A DNA stretch of 64,000 nt from Macrostomum lignano. Lineage: Eukaryota. The stretch is from positions 186,001-250,000 of the forward strand of contig NIVC01001680.1 of NCBI GenBank assembly GCA_002269645.1, given 5' to 3'. The position numbers were made by a program, and so were the translations under genes. Below the pieces are notes generated by a model. The model made no database searches. It was not told the DNA's origin and saw nothing but the letters and a program-made list of their open reading frames with translations. This document shows, piece by piece, positions 31,977 to 45,995 of the stretch. Position 1 is the first letter of the stretch. Every line of letters begins with the position of its first letter.

Positions 31977-34131
31977 TCACGGCTGCGACAAGCCGGCGCC
32001 GATGACGCACTTGCCGTTGGCGGCGCAGGCGAATCCGCGGGGGCAGCAGTGGGAGCCGCCGGAACAACAAACGCCCTAAAGGTTGAGAAACGATTATAAT
32101 ACAATATCAGATACCAGTAGTTTTGAAACATTACTCTATATAAGCTACCAAGGAACTTACGTCAGAATGGCTGCAACACTTGGGACTGCCGGAGTCAGTA
32201 ATGCAGCAAGTAGACTTGCTGCCGCAGTTAAGGCCCGCAGCGCAAGCCACCAAGCGCCTCTGTGCACCGAACATAGAAAAGTGAGCTGAGCCAGCAGACT
32301 GTGATGGATAATCAGCTGAGCGAGCAGGCTCAGTAGTGGCCACTTGGTCAACCTCCGACACAGGAGCCATGCACTGGTACGTCTTTGGGTCGCACACAAG
32401 GCCGTACTTGCAGCACAGCACTGAGCCGGAGTAGAACGTGCAACAGCTGGACAACTTAGCACGGCTAGCAATGGAACCCGACTTGGAGCAGGTACCAGCA
32501 GACACATCGCACTTGTAGCCGTTGGGACAGCAGTGGACTCCGTCACTGCAGCATGTGGCCTTCTCCAATGGACAGCAGCCATACTGACCTGACTGAAGCT
32601 TGCAGCACGTCGATCCGTCTGGGCACTGGCTTTGACCGTCGGGGCACACTACGGCGTCGGTCTTGGTCTTGGTCTTGGTGAGAGCGTGGACAATGCCTCC
32701 TTTGGAGCAGGTACCAGCAGACACATCGCACTTGTAGCCGTTGGGGCAGCAGTGGACTCCGTCACTGCAGCATGTGGCCTTCTCCAATGGACAGCAGCCA
32801 TACTGACCTGACTGAAGCTTGCAGCACGTCGATCCGTCTGGGCACTGGCTCTGACCGTCGGGGCACACTACGGCGTCGGTCTTGGTCTTGGTCTTGGTGA
32901 GAGCGTGGACAATGCCTCCTTTGGAGCAGGTACCAGCAGACACATCGCACTTGTAGCCATTGGGACAACAGTGGACTCCGTCACTGCAGCATGTGGCCTT
33001 CTCCAATGGACAGCAGCCATACTGACCTGACTGAAGCTTGCAGCACGTCGATCCGTCTGGGCACTGGCTCTGACCGTCGGGGCACACTACGGCGTCGGTC
33101 TTGGTCTTGGTCTTGGTGAGAGCGTGGACAATGCCTCCTTTGGAGCAGGTACCAGCAGACACATCGCACTTGTAGCCATTGGGACAACAGTGGACTCCGT
33201 CCCTGCAGCATGTGGCCTTCTCCAATGGACAGCAGCCATACTGACCTGACTGAAGCTTGCAGCACGTCGATCCGTCTGGGCACTGGCTCTGACCGTCGGG
33301 GCACACTACGGCGTCGGTCTTGGTCTTGGTCTTGGTGAGAGCGTGGACAATGCCTCCTTTGGAGCAGGTACCAGCAGACACATCGCACTTGTAGCCATTG
33401 GGACAACAGTGGACTCCGTCACTGCAGCATGTGGCCTTCTCCAATGGACAGCAGCCATACTGACCTGACTGAAGCTTGCAGCACGTCGATCCGTCTGGGC
33501 ACTGGCTCTGACCGTCGGGGCACACTACGGCGTCGGTCTTGGTCTTGGTCTTGGTGAGAGCGTGGACAATGCCTCCTTTGGAGCAGGTACCAGCAGACAC
33601 ATCGCACTTGTAGCCATTGGGACAACAGTGGACTCCGTCCCTGCAGCATGTGGCCTTCTCCAATGGACAGCAGCCATACTGACCTGACTGAAGCTTGCAG
33701 CACGTCGATCCGTCTGGGCACTGACTCTGACTGTCGGGGCACACTACGGCGTTGACCTCTTTGTCTTGCTTAACTATGCAAGTTCCATCTTTAATATTGC
33801 ATTGGTGTCCGAATGGGCAGCAAGTTAATTTATCAACACAGCAGGTTCCATTTTTGTATGGACAACAGCCTTCTTGCCCGGTGCTTAGAGAACACTTGCT
33901 CTCTCCGTTAGAACATCTATTACTGTGTGAAGTCGATGACTTCAGTGTTGGTAGTTGCAATGGTTGAGATCTTTTGATGGCAGGGATCTTTTTAAAGATC
34001 GGGATCGTGTCAGGCAATTCGTCATCAAAAAGAGGTCGTCGAATTGGTTTGTAGAGAAGGTCATGGGAAAGAACTTCGCTAGTAGCAAGAACACTTGCAA
34101 AAAGAAGTGAAAGAAGAAGACGACCGGGCAT
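31977..34131 (-). CDS. GRN: Progranulin / granulin precursor
   Basis: Signal peptide MPGRLLLSLLFASVLA; six 73-aa units CPDGQSQCPDGSTCC..GCCP..TCC..HCCP..C..C. Exon 32161-34131 plus last exon 31977-32075 (GVCCSGGSHCCPRGFAC). Confidence 0.92.
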
Positions 34132-35259
34132 GGTAGCCCTTAAAATCGAATTTTCAAAAAAGGGATCAAATAAAAATAAAAATACGAGTAGCTTGTGCAG
34201 ACGACAGGCGACTTCTTTTTTGTGTCTTTTAACGCACAATTACAAATAAGATTTTATCATGTAGATACATCTTGAATTCAACCTAAACACCCATTTTGAA
34301 TTAACGCAATTAGAAACTGGGATTATTAACAAAATTTTGTTGTCAGCAACCTAAGTTTATTTTTAGTAAAATTTGAAAGTTTTTACGCATGATTTTTTTA
34401 ATTTATAATTTTTTCATTAAAGACAGCACTAGATAAACATGTATTTCTGGCTATGATATTATTGTCGTTAGCAGCATGATGCCACATAGTGGTTAGGTGG
34501 AGGTTTGTATCAATTTCAATTAGGTATTTTAATTCTGCGTCATAAAACTTTATCCATTTTAGCTATACTTCTATACTAATTCTACGTCCTAATAAACGCT
34601 AAGAAGTAAGAATCAGTTGAAAAATGAGACAGTAATTTAAATAACTGTACTGTTCTGCAGGATAGGGTCCAATGTTCTGACTTATGCCTACTAAAGCCAA
34701 ACCCAAACCAAAAGCTAAAGCTTAACGCCTTGATTTATGTTTACAAAGTTTTTTGTTTTTTTAAATAATTATTATTTTGACATGTCATAATTTATAATTA
34801 GTAAGATAAAATTCAGAATTTAAGACACTTGTAATTGTAAATGCAGAGAGGCGTTATTTTATTTAAAACAGCTAGCAGAGCAGAGAGAAGTAACAAATCT
34901 AAGCCTAAGGTGGTGGTGGTGGTTTGCTTGTATGATATGGCATATGGTATGGTAGGCCACTAGGCCTATAGAATATAGAATAGACACTTATTTGGACTAT
35001 CAATATGTGAATGTGCAGAAATTTCCTTTCAAAAATTCCAGAAAAATTTATCATCATAGCCTATAGCCTAGGCCTACATATACCTGTACTGTAGGCCTAG
35101 CTGTAGGCATTCCTTTAATCTAAATATACTAAATCTCTAAGGTTTGTATGCTTGAATGTCCATAACACTCTAGAGCTTGCAATTTAACACTAGGTCTATA
35201 ATAGGCCCTATACTTATCTTGACCTAGGGCCTAGTCATTGAAATTAGTTGGACCTAGGC

Positions 35260-35656
35260 TAGAGGTCGGACGGGATCCCGATCCCGATCCCAAAATCTTG
35301 GGATCCCGAGGAAAATTGAATTCCCACGGGACCAGAATCCCGACCCTAAAAAACTTGAGATTCGGGAACAGGTCTTTTGATTAATAATTTACAGAATTAG
35401 TGATTACTTGTAGGTATTTTGCTTTAACTTGTACTTGTTAAATATTTACTTTGTTGGTTACAAAACTTCATATCAATTTTGTTGTGTTTTACTTCTTGAT
35501 CTTGATAATCTTTTCTCAACTTTGTTTAACTTTACATGGACAATACACTAAAAGACCTGATCCTGATTCCCGAATCCCGATCCCGATCCCGATCCTGAGA
35601 AAAAATTATTCTCAATCCCAATCCCGCCCGAAGATTTCAATCCCGTCCAACCTCTA
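35260..35656. mobile_element. hAT-family MITE (397 bp)
   Basis: TIRs TAGAGGTCGGACGGGAT / ATCCCGTCCAACCTCTA and a perfect 8-bp TSD ACCTAGGC (35252-35259, 35657-35664). Confidence 0.85.
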
Positions 35657-37797
35657 ACCTAGGCCCTAAGAATTCTAGGCATAAAATATGATAGACCCAT
35701 TAATCATTACATTATTTATCTGGCTAACCAACATGGCCTACCTGCCTTACTCTTATTTTTTAGATCCTATTACTAGATTAAATTCATAGCTGACCTTATT
35801 AGCTTATAGCTATGGCTTAAGCCCTATATTGAGCCATAGCAATGATAATAGATAGGCCTAGAGGCCTATGACTTGACTCAAGATATATTATAGGCTATAA
35901 TAATAATGTAAGTAGACCTTTTTACTTATTAGAGTCTAACCAAGATTAGATTTTTGTTTTTGAGCAAGATCAATCAAATAAAAAATTTGAGATAAAAAAT
36001 CAATCAATCAAGAATTAGGCCTAGAGATCAAGCTGCAATTGTGAATTTATATAGGAAGAATAAGTAGGCCTACTTACTTAGATAAGTCATAAAATTTAGC
36101 CTAGGCCCTGGCTATAGTATAAATATAAATATAATGTCTTTGTTATCTTTATTATATTTTAGTCATTACTTAGCAGCCATAGTCTATTGCTCTAGCAATA
36201 GTAGCCTTTGGTTCTTAGTGGCTCAAGGTCCTACAAGAAATGTTGGCCTAGCAAGGTGCCAAGTGCCAATAGAGTCTCAACACTGTCAACTATATCTATC
36301 TATAGCCACATTGTAGAAAAATGCTTCAAAGCTAGCCAAAAAAGTTGCATCTTTAGTGTTGGCCATTGGCTATCTAGCCAAGTTGCTATCCTAGCTCAAC
36401 TTGCTCACAGGCTATGCTCAGACTATTGCAACTTGACTTTCAATGCTAGTGGGGTCTAGTTTCCTATGCATAAAAATATGTTTGCAGCTAGTTAGCAGCA
36501 ACTATTTCAAGGCTACATTTAGTTCAGGCATATGCAAAGCCAAAGCCTCTTGCCTAGAGCTCAAAGGTATCATCCATTCTATAATAGATGATATCTCTAT
36601 TAGCTTCATCTATTAGCTTATAATATAATTATATAGGTCTATTTTATTATTTATACTTATAATTTATTTTAACTTTAACTTTAGGTTAGGTTTTTATTTG
36701 CTAATATTAATAGTCTTAAGTGTATAATACTAGCTTAAGCTAGTTAAATAATATCTTAGCCCAAGTGTGCCTCATTAGTCAGTATATTTTGGGTTCAATA
36801 AAGTTAGGCTTTATAGTTCATTGCTACTAAGATTTGACTAAATAAGCTGATATGAGAATGGCCATAGGGCTTAACATAGGGCTTAATATCTATTTGTAAT
36901 TGTTCTAAGCAATGTTAGGTGCTTTACTTATTATTTGTTACTATAGTGGTAATAATCATTACTTTTGAATTACTTTTTCTATGTCCTATTACCATTACTT
37001 ATAACTTTTACCCCTAGACTATCATTTCTAATAATGAAATCAAATAAAATACACAGTATGCAAACACATGTTCAAATTAAATAAAAGAATTTTGATATTG
37101 AAAAATGCTTGAAAAAAACAATGAAAGTGAGGCTTCAATCCATCCAATCTTTGCCCTCTACTTTTTCCAATCCCTCCTCACCCAGCCCAACTCTGCATTG
37201 CGTGGTGCAAGTTGCATGACTCAAAAGTCAATACTGAGCTGGAATTTTCTGCACACCCTCAAATATGGCAACTTTTTAATGTTGTTGAGTATACATCATT
37301 TTATTTAAAATGATTAAGTTTCTATCATAGTCATATGCTCATAGTAGTAGTAGTGTAGTAGTTAATAGTAGTAGTATAATCATAAAGATAGAATCTTTTG
37401 ATGTTATTTTGGTTTTTGTTTTTGTTTTATATAGACACTTGTGGTTGGCCAGGTGATAGATGCTGGTTGAAAGACACTGCTCACTGGGGCAAAGGGTGGC
37501 CACTTTTTAATGTTGCTGAGTATAGTTTAACACCAATGTTTTGGATTACTTGATTTTTTAGGTTATCATGAAATTCACAAACATGCAGGCAGACCCTTAA
37601 GGTACAGAGAATGTTCATGCAATTAGAAACTCAGAGCTGTTATACAACCTATGTGACTGTGTATTGAATGAGTATGAGCCTGCAGCATATCTCCATGCTT
37701 GCATGTGATCAGGGGTCAGTGCAATTGGCGCTTACCCACCCCAGTTCCAAGTCCCACCCCATTTCGCCTTGCCAGCCGGGCCTCACTCCGATCCAGC

Positions 37798-40744
37798 TGG
37801 ACCATCGGCGGCCGGCGCAGCCCTGCCTGTACACCGGCGGTCTGTCGGCCCGGCAGCTGGGCGACCTGGACGACCTGGCCAACTCGATGGTGGTTGACGC
37901 CTACCTGGACATCGACAGTCACAAAATGTCCGACAGATTCCGCAGCTCCCGCCATCTGAGGCGCTACTGGCGCAAAGTGATCGAGCGGTTCTGCTGCGAC
38001 ACCGACTACGACGCCGCCTACCACAGCCTGGTGTTCGGGGATCCCATCAGCGGCCAGAAATGCTGTCTGGACGAGGCTGCTCAGCGGGATCCCAACCTCC
38101 GGCTGCACCTGTTCCGCTATTTGCACCTGTTTGACCCCCGGTCCGGGGTGCAGATCCAGCGGTGCGACCGGTGAGTCTAATAAGAGTTGGCCTCAGAATT
38201 TGGGATAAAAATCGCAGATTTCCCACTTTGGGTATTGATATGGCAGCGGTGTCCAATTGGAAGAACAGAGTGATAGAAACTTTCTAATTATGGGATCATA
38301 ATGACAGAAATTTCCCAATTTCGGGGATCAAAATTCCCAATTTAGGGGATCAAAGTGACAGAAATTTCCCAATTTAGGGGATCAAAGTGACAGAAATCTC
38401 CCAATTTAGGGGATCAAGGTGACAGAAATTTCCCAATTTAGGGGATCAAAGTGACAGAAATCTCCCAATTTAGGGGATCAAGGTGACAGATCTCCCAAAT
38501 TTAGGGGACCAAAGTGACAGAAATCTCCCAATTTAGGGGATCAAAGTGACAGAAATCTCCCAATTTAGGGGATCAAAGTGACAAATTTAAAAATTTAGGG
38601 GATCAAAGTGACAGAAATCTCCCAAATTTAGGGGATCAAAGTGACAGAAATTTCCCAATTTAGGGGATCAAAGTGACAGAAATCTCCCAAATTTAGGGGA
38701 TCAAAGTGACAGAAATCTCCCAAATTTAAGGGATCAAAGTGACAGAAATCTCCCAAATATAAATCTCCCCGCCAGCTACCGCCATGAGCAGGGCATGGGC
38801 GCTCGCATCGTGTCCACCCGAGACTGGCAGGCGGGCGAGTCCGTCTCTATGCTGATTGGCTGCGCGGCCGAGCTCACGCCTGACGAGGAGCTGCACTACC
38901 TGCGCCCGGGCGTTAACGATTTCTCAGTGATCTACTCGAGCAGGCGGCAGCGCTCGCAGCTGTGGCTGGGCCCTGCCGCCTACATCAACCACGACTGCGA
39001 GCCCAACGTGGAGCTGGCGCTGCAGCCCGCGACAGGCAGCGGCGCCGCGTTGCACTTCTACAGAACCATCCGGCCGATCAAGCGGGGCCAGGAGGTGCTG
39101 CTGTACTACGGACCCGACTTCTTCGGCCCCGGCAACTGTCAGGTGAGCGAATGGCTGTCCGTGGGATCCAGAGAGATACTGAATTCTCGAAGAAGCTTGA
39201 CCCATTTTTGAAGGATCTGGAGTGCAGCTTGACCCATCCTTGACGGATCTGGAGTGCAGCTTGAACCTCCTTGAAGGATCTGGAGTGCAGCTTGAACCTC
39301 CTTGAAGGATCTGGAGTGCAGCTTGAACCTCCCCTAAAGGATCTGGAGTGCAGCTTGACCCTCCCCTGAAGGATCTGGAGTGCAGCTTGACCCTCCCCTA
39401 AAGGATCTGGAGTGCAGCTTGAACCTCCCTGAAGGATCTGGAGTGCAGCTTGACCCTCCCCTGAAGGATCTGGAGTGCAGCTTGACCCTCCCTGAAGGAT
39501 CTGGAGTGCAGCTTGACCCTCCCTGAAGGATCTGGAGTGCAGCTTGAACCTCCCTGAAGGATCTGGAGTGCAGCTTGACCCTCCCCTAAAGGATCTGGAG
39601 TGCAGCTTGACCCTCCCCTGAAGGATCTGGAGTGCAGCTTGACCCTCCCTGAAGGATCTGGAGTGCAGCTTGAACCTCCCTGAAGGATCTGGAGTGCAGC
39701 TTGAACCTCCCTGAAGGATCTGGAGTGCAGCTTGACCCTCCCCTGAAGGATCTGGAGTGCAGCTTGACCCTCCCCTGAAGGATCTGGAGTGCAGCTTGAC
39801 CCTCCCTGAAGGATCTGGAGTGCAGCTTGACCCTCCCTGAAGGATCTGGAGTGCAGCTTGACCCTCCCCTGAAGGATCTGGAGTGCAGCTTGACCCTCCC
39901 CTGAAATATCTGGAGTGCAGCTTGACCCATCCTTGACGGATCTGGAGTGCAGCTTGACCCTCCCCTGAAGGATCTGGAGTGCAGCTTGACCCTCCCTGAA
40001 GGATCTGGAGTGCAGCTTGACCCTCCCCTGAAGGATCTGGAGTGCAGCTTGACCCTCCCCTAAAGGATCTGGAGTGCAGCTTGACCCTCCCCTGAAGGAT
40101 CTGGAGTGCAGCTTGACCCTCCCCTGAAGGATCTGGAGTGCAGCTTGACCCTCCCCTAAAGGATCTGGAGTGCAGCTTGACCCTCCCCTAAAGGATCTGG
40201 AGTGCAGCTTGACCCTCCCCTGAAGGATCTGGAGTGCAGCTTGGCTTGAGAAGTCTCATCCGCTTCCCCCGCCTCCCTGCAGTGCGAGTGCGAAACCTGC
40301 GAGCTGCGGGGCAGCGGCGCCTTCGCCCGACCAGCCGCGGCTGCCAGCAAGCCAGCACCCCCGTCTGCCTCGCCGCCCTTGGCGCCGACTTGTTCGCCCG
40401 CTGCGGTGCTGCCCGTGCCGCCGGCGTCGCTGCCGCAGTCGGCAGCTCCGGTAGCGAGTCACCAACAGTGCTTAAACGGCAGCGCCGCAACCGCTGCTGA
40501 AGCGCCGCGCCGGCGCTCGTCCTACTCGCTGAGGGACACGGCCGTCCGCCTGAGCAGTCGGCGCCGGTTCAATGGCTCCGCCACCCTTGGCGCCGACGAT
40601 CCGCAGGCGCTGCGGAAGCCGAAGCTGGCCGCTTCGTCGGCATCCGCAAAGGCGGCTTCGACAGAAAAAGCGGCGTCGTTGGCGGCAGCGGCGCGACACC
40701 GGCGGCACCAGGCTCGGGCAATGAAGAAGTCCGGCGGACTTTGA
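37798..40744 (+). CDS. Suv4-20: Histone H4K20 methyltransferase Suv4-20 (KMT5B/C-like), spliced; start uncertain
   Basis: Exons ~37798-38170, 38776-39142, 40283-40744; [58 protein letters not shown] post-SET. Confidence 0.9.
38305..38758. repeat. ~32-bp intronic minisatellite
   Basis: GGGGATCAAAGTGACAGAAATCTCCCAATTTA variants. Confidence 0.92.
39190..40242. repeat. 31-32-bp intronic minisatellite
   Basis: GAAGGATCTGGAGTGCAGCTTGACCCTCCCCT tandem copies. Confidence 0.95.
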
Positions 40745-40879
40745 GATCACAGCAACGGATTGTTTGCATGAAACTCGATGCAGTTATTGTAATAGGCAGC
40801 ATAGCAACTGGATTTATTGGGGAATTATTTCAATATAAACAAATTTAGAATGGCAAAAATTTAAGCTTTGTTGTCGCAT

Positions 40880-41145
40880 AGCTAGATTTGGCTTAGCAAC
40901 AGCATCGCAACAATCTAGATTTTGGCTTAGCAACAGCATAGCAACAAGCTAGATTTTGGCTTAGCAACAGCATAGCAACAAGCTAGAACAAGCTAGATTT
41001 TGGCTTAGCAACAAGCTAGAACAAGCTAGATTTTGGCTTAGCAACAGCATAGCAACAAGCTAGATTTTGGCTTAGCAACAGCATAGCAACAAGCTAGATT
41101 TTGGCTTAGCAACAGCGTAGCAACAAGCTAGATTTTGCTTAGCAA
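40880..41145. repeat. 34-bp minisatellite
   Basis: TTTTGGCTTAGCAACAGCATAGCAACAAGCTAGA copies. Confidence 0.9.
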
Positions 41146-41889
41146 CTGCCGACAGTTTCAGGGCATCAGTGATCAAATTTTATTTCTTTATTCATATTTG
41201 ATGGATAAAGTTATGTACCAATTCTTGTTTGCCAGTAGTGCGTTCTTTTTACTATGGAGTTTTGACAGTTTACGGTCAGGAACTGAATACCGTAGCTGAT
41301 TAGCAAATATTTTATAGCCTTTCTATGGCCAGTCAGCCTGTCTATATCAATTTAAATTAAGAGATCCAGGCCAGTTGAAGTCCTTGGCTAAGATAGTACT
41401 CCTTGTTGGTGCCAAGTCGCGCGCAGTCCGTGTCAATGGATTGAAGACCCCCAGAGCTGGCATAACTTTCTGCTGTAGATTTCAGGTGAACATGCCGAGT
41501 TATACGCTCTCACATGCTACTTACAGTAATGCTTATTATTGCAAACTCTGATTATACAATATTAGTAAACACTGCGATATTCGCGTCTGTACCATAATAA
41601 TGCAGCTTAGAAATATACAAAAGATTTTCTCTGAGAGGATTCAAAGCTTGAGCAACTCGCTGCCTTGTTCGCAAGAGTGAATTTATTTGTTGAAAGCGCC
41701 AGGATGAGTGAATCAGTTTTAACAGAGGGCAAATAGCTCGTATCATGCAAATTTATTTGGGATACTAAATTTGGCACTGTGTATCCAGGCTACGCTGCAA
41801 ATCGATCAATTTTACCTGTCAAAAAGCGCATCAGATTTCAGTCCCGGCCAACTGGAGCTACAGGAGTTGAAATTGAAAAATATCGAGAG

Positions 41890-42143
41890 AAGTTACTTCA
41901 TTAACTGATTACACCTGCCCTAATAGTGCAATCTGAAGGCTGCGTACGGCTGTTCAGTGCAACGACTGGGGGGTCGCCACACACCTTCAATTACCTGTGC
42001 TAATGCCTGCATTATACAGCTGCGTGAACTGAAGCAATGCAGAGTTATTTGTGTCTTGCTCATGGACACAAATTGTTCCATTGGGATCGGGAATCGAACC
42101 CCCGACCTTCAAGTCCTGAGTACGACGCTCTGACCACTGGGCT
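41890..42143 (-). mobile_element. tRNA-derived CORE-SINE
   Basis: Minus strand: CAGTGGTCAGAGCG (A-box-like), GGTTCGATTCC (B box), then TGTGTCCATGAGCAAGACAC (CORE-like). Confidence 0.65.
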
Positions 42144-42271
42144 TGTGTTCACAGCTGGAACTGGAATCCAATGCGTTTTTTGACAGGTAAATCTCAAGTC
42201 TAAAAATTATCTTAAAACTATCGACTATCGACGAGATTGCAGTGCAAGCGTATTTAAAGTACTGGCAAATT

Positions 42272-43493
42272 CTAGCCGGTCTGGATTCTCCCAGCATCCT
42301 CTCCTCCATCATCATCGGTCAATTCTTCCTCGCCGTCGAGCAGCCGCTGCTGCTCCTCAGCTGCAGTTGCCGAGGCCCAGGGCTGCACCTGGGCGGAGCC
42401 GAAAGCCAGGTAGCCGAGGCAGCCGGCCAGCACGATGCCGGCGCTCAGGTAGAACACCTTCAGCCAGTTGGAGCGCACGCTGGCGTGGTTGGTGAAGCCG
42501 CCGACGATCACGGGGGCCACCATGCCCGGCACGGTTGCCAGGGTGTTGCTAAGGCCGTGCAGGGTGCCGGCGTAGCGCGGCGCCAGGTCCAGCTGGTTCG
42601 GCCCGAAGCCGCTGACGATGAAGCCGGACAGGCCGACCGCGGCCGTCAGCACGGCGATGGCCGGGCCGCGGCGGCAGCCCAGGTGGCCGACCAGGGCGAT
42701 GCCGGCCGCGCCGCCGACCGCGCCCAGCGCGATGCTCAGCTTGCGAATGGCCGTCACCCCCAGCCAGCCGCGGCTGCGGGCGGCGTCGGCCAGGAGAGCC
42801 GTCAGGTTGGAGGTCGCCCACAGGACGAGGTAGGGCAGGGCGGAGACCAGGCCGTCCTGCGGGGCGCGGATGCCGACGATGTGGAGGGTCCCTGTGCTGG
42901 GCGTGTGCACTTTTGGCGCCCTTTATTTCACACTGGTTTTTAAGCCCTCGCCTGTTTTAACGCGCTCACACCTGTTTTGGCACACCTTACACCTGTTTTG
43001 GCACCCCTTACACCTGTTTTGGCACCCCTTACACCTGTTTTGGCACCCCTTACACCTGTTTTGGCACCCTCACACCTGTGTTGGCACCCTCACACCTCTT
43101 TTGGCACCCCTTACACCTGTTTTGGCACCCTCACACCTGTTTTGGCACCCTCACACCTGTTTTGGACCCCTCACACCTGTTTTGACACCCCTCACGCCCT
43201 CACGAATTGACAATATGACCTGTCTTTAAGCTTTCCGTGTAAAACTCCTGTTTGCTCCGGTTTTCTGTCACTACCTTTTGATTGCTTTCCGGTAAATGAC
43301 AGACAGACTGCAAACGTTCGGTGCATTCGTGACTCACCTCGGTCAGCGGTATGCTCAGAACATCGGCAAAGAAGGCGGGCAGACAGGTCAGCAGGGTGTA
43401 GAACTGCCAGTTGTAGGCCATGTGCATGCCGATCATGCTCAGCACCGGTCCTGAGGTCAGCATCGCCTTCAGCGGCACCGCGGCAAATCCGCG
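42272..43493 (-). CDS. SLC17 (sialin-like) MFS anion transporter, last two exons only
   Basis: Exons 43338-43493 (VPLKAMLTSGPV..YNWQFYTLLTCLPAFFADVL) and 42272-42856 (NQLDLAPRYAGTLHGLSNTLATVPGMVAPVIVG). Confidence 0.85.
42965..43190. repeat. 21-22-bp intronic minisatellite
   Basis: TTACACCTGTTTTGGCACCCC copies. Confidence 0.9.
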
Positions 43494-43593
43494 CTAGGAA
43501 TGGCAATTGAAATGATTTTTGCATTTAAAGATTGTCTACTTGTAGTAAGAGTTAAGCTCATAAATTTAGGCATAAAATAAAACTTGATTCTAA

Positions 43594-44487
<894 letters not shown>

Positions 44488-44495
44488 AACAAAAA

Positions 44496-44906
44496 ATGAC
44501 ACACGTTACACATGTGCAAAATATAAATGAGTATCAGGTAGGAGATCCAATTGAATACCGAGGTGAGGGACTTTTTGATTTGGTTGGAACAGCAGCAAAT
44601 TTTGTTAAAGACAATATGGGGCTTATAGGACAAGCTGGCTCTGCAGCAGGCTCTATAACAAATGCTGTAAAAGGAGGAATTGAAGCAGCTAGAGCGGCAG
44701 AAGAACTAAAGAAATTGAGAGATTTTAACGATACCCTCTCACAGATAAAAGCAATAAAAGATTTGAAATTAGCACAGGAAGCAACCCAAGCCGCACAACC
44801 AACAGAAACCCCCACGAAAAGCGCACCAATAAGTAATAAAGATATTCAGGATTTTAATAAAATGTTAAATACTATTAAAGGTGGAAAAGGATTAAAGAAA
44901 TTTTAA
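44496..44906 (+). CDS. Small putative virion core/membrane-active protein
   Basis: 136 aa with GEGLFDLV amphipathic segment and GGKG motif; function inferred only. Confidence 0.6.
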   Translation: MTHVTHVQNINEYQVGDPIEYRGEGLFDLVGTAANFVKDNMGLIGQAGSAAGSITNAVKGGIEAARAAEELKKLRDFNDTLSQIKAIKDLKLAQEATQAAQPTETPTKSAPISNKDIQDFNKMLNTIKGGKGLKKF

Positions 44907-44916
44907 CAATATAAAA

Positions 44917-45912
44917 ATGGGCTCAGTTAATGATGATGAAAACCGGTTATATTTTATAGGAGAAATTGTAGATACCTTAAATCTTGATGATAATAAGCAA
45001 ACCCACACAATGTTAAAAAGATTGGATCGATTAGGTAAAAAGTTTGACTACGACATCGATACATTTAAACTCGCAGCAAAATATGCACAAGAAGGAAGGC
45101 CAATATCCTTTAAGAATCGCGGCAGAAATTATAGGTTAACCGACTCCGATGTGAAATTTTTAATGGAGACTCACACTAAAAAGGACGGCGGATTACTACC
45201 CATTCTACCGCTTCTTTTAGGACTTGGCGCAGCTGGAGCAGTCGGTTTAGCCGGAAAAAGAATTCATGATAATGTAAAACAGCTAGGAGAGTTAAGAGCG
45301 AAACAGGGGGGAATCTTGCCCCTTGCAGCTTTGCTCCCAATAATTTTTGCAGGAATTGGAGCAGCTGGAGGAGTTGCTGGCGGAGCAGCTGGAATTGCAA
45401 AAGCAGTAAATGACAAAAAAGCTGCGGACGAAAAAGCTAAAAGAGAGGCCGAATTTCAAAGACAGCAAATAACGCAGGACGCACAATTTAAACAGAAACT
45501 TATTGATACCATTAATAGTAGTTCAGCAACAGCAGAGCAAAAAAGAAATGCAGAAGCTAGGTTATCAGCTGGAAAAGGTTTACTCTTGCAAGGATCAAAT
45601 CATGGCAATGGTTTACTTTTACAAGGAACAACCCAAGGAAGCGGAGTTGTCGCAGATAAATTACATGAATTTGGTCAAACTTTAGAAAAAACGGGTGAGA
45701 AAGCTAAAGGATTTTTTGACAATATTGGGGCTAATTTTAGGCCAGCAGTTCAGAAGATTTTTACTAAATTAGGAAAAGATTTTAACATAATTGAAAAGCA
45801 TGATGGAAGCGGATTATATCTCGAAATGAGACCAAAAGCAGGTTCAGGAATTTTCTTAAATTCAAACGTTATGGGCAATGGATTGCTGTTACCAAAAGCA
45901 GATCTCGAATAG
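44917..45912 (+). CDS. Core protein with adenovirus pX(mu)-like GG-[IL]LP hydrophobic motifs and GxG-L repeats
   Basis: KDGGLLPILPLLLGLG, KQGGILPLAALLPIIFAGIGA; GKGLLL, GNGLLL, GSGLYL, GSGIFL, GNGLLL. Confidence 0.65.
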   Translation: MGSVNDDENRLYFIGEIVDTLNLDDNKQTHTMLKRLDRLGKKFDYDIDTFKLAAKYAQEGRPISFKNRGRNYRLTDSDVKFLMETHTKKDGGLLPILPLLLGLGAAGAVGLAGKRIHDNVKQLGELRAKQGGILPLAALLPIIFAGIGAAGGVAGGAAGIAKAVNDKKAADEKAKREAEFQRQQITQDAQFKQKLIDTINSSSATAEQKRNAEARLSAGKGLLLQGSNHGNGLLLQGTTQGSGVVADKLHEFGQTLEKTGEKAKGFFDNIGANFRPAVQKIFTKLGKDFNIIEKHDGSGLYLEMRPKAGSGIFLNSNVMGNGLLLPKADLE

Positions 45913-45995
45913 GCTCCTGGGGGAGGGTCTGGACACCAAAAACGCAAAATTAAAAAATCAATAATTCAAACATTATATAAATTATATTCTATAAA

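Noticed and set aside
41890-42143. tRNA gene
   Set aside because: It has A/B boxes but no complete cloverleaf and continues into a CORE domain, so it is a SINE.
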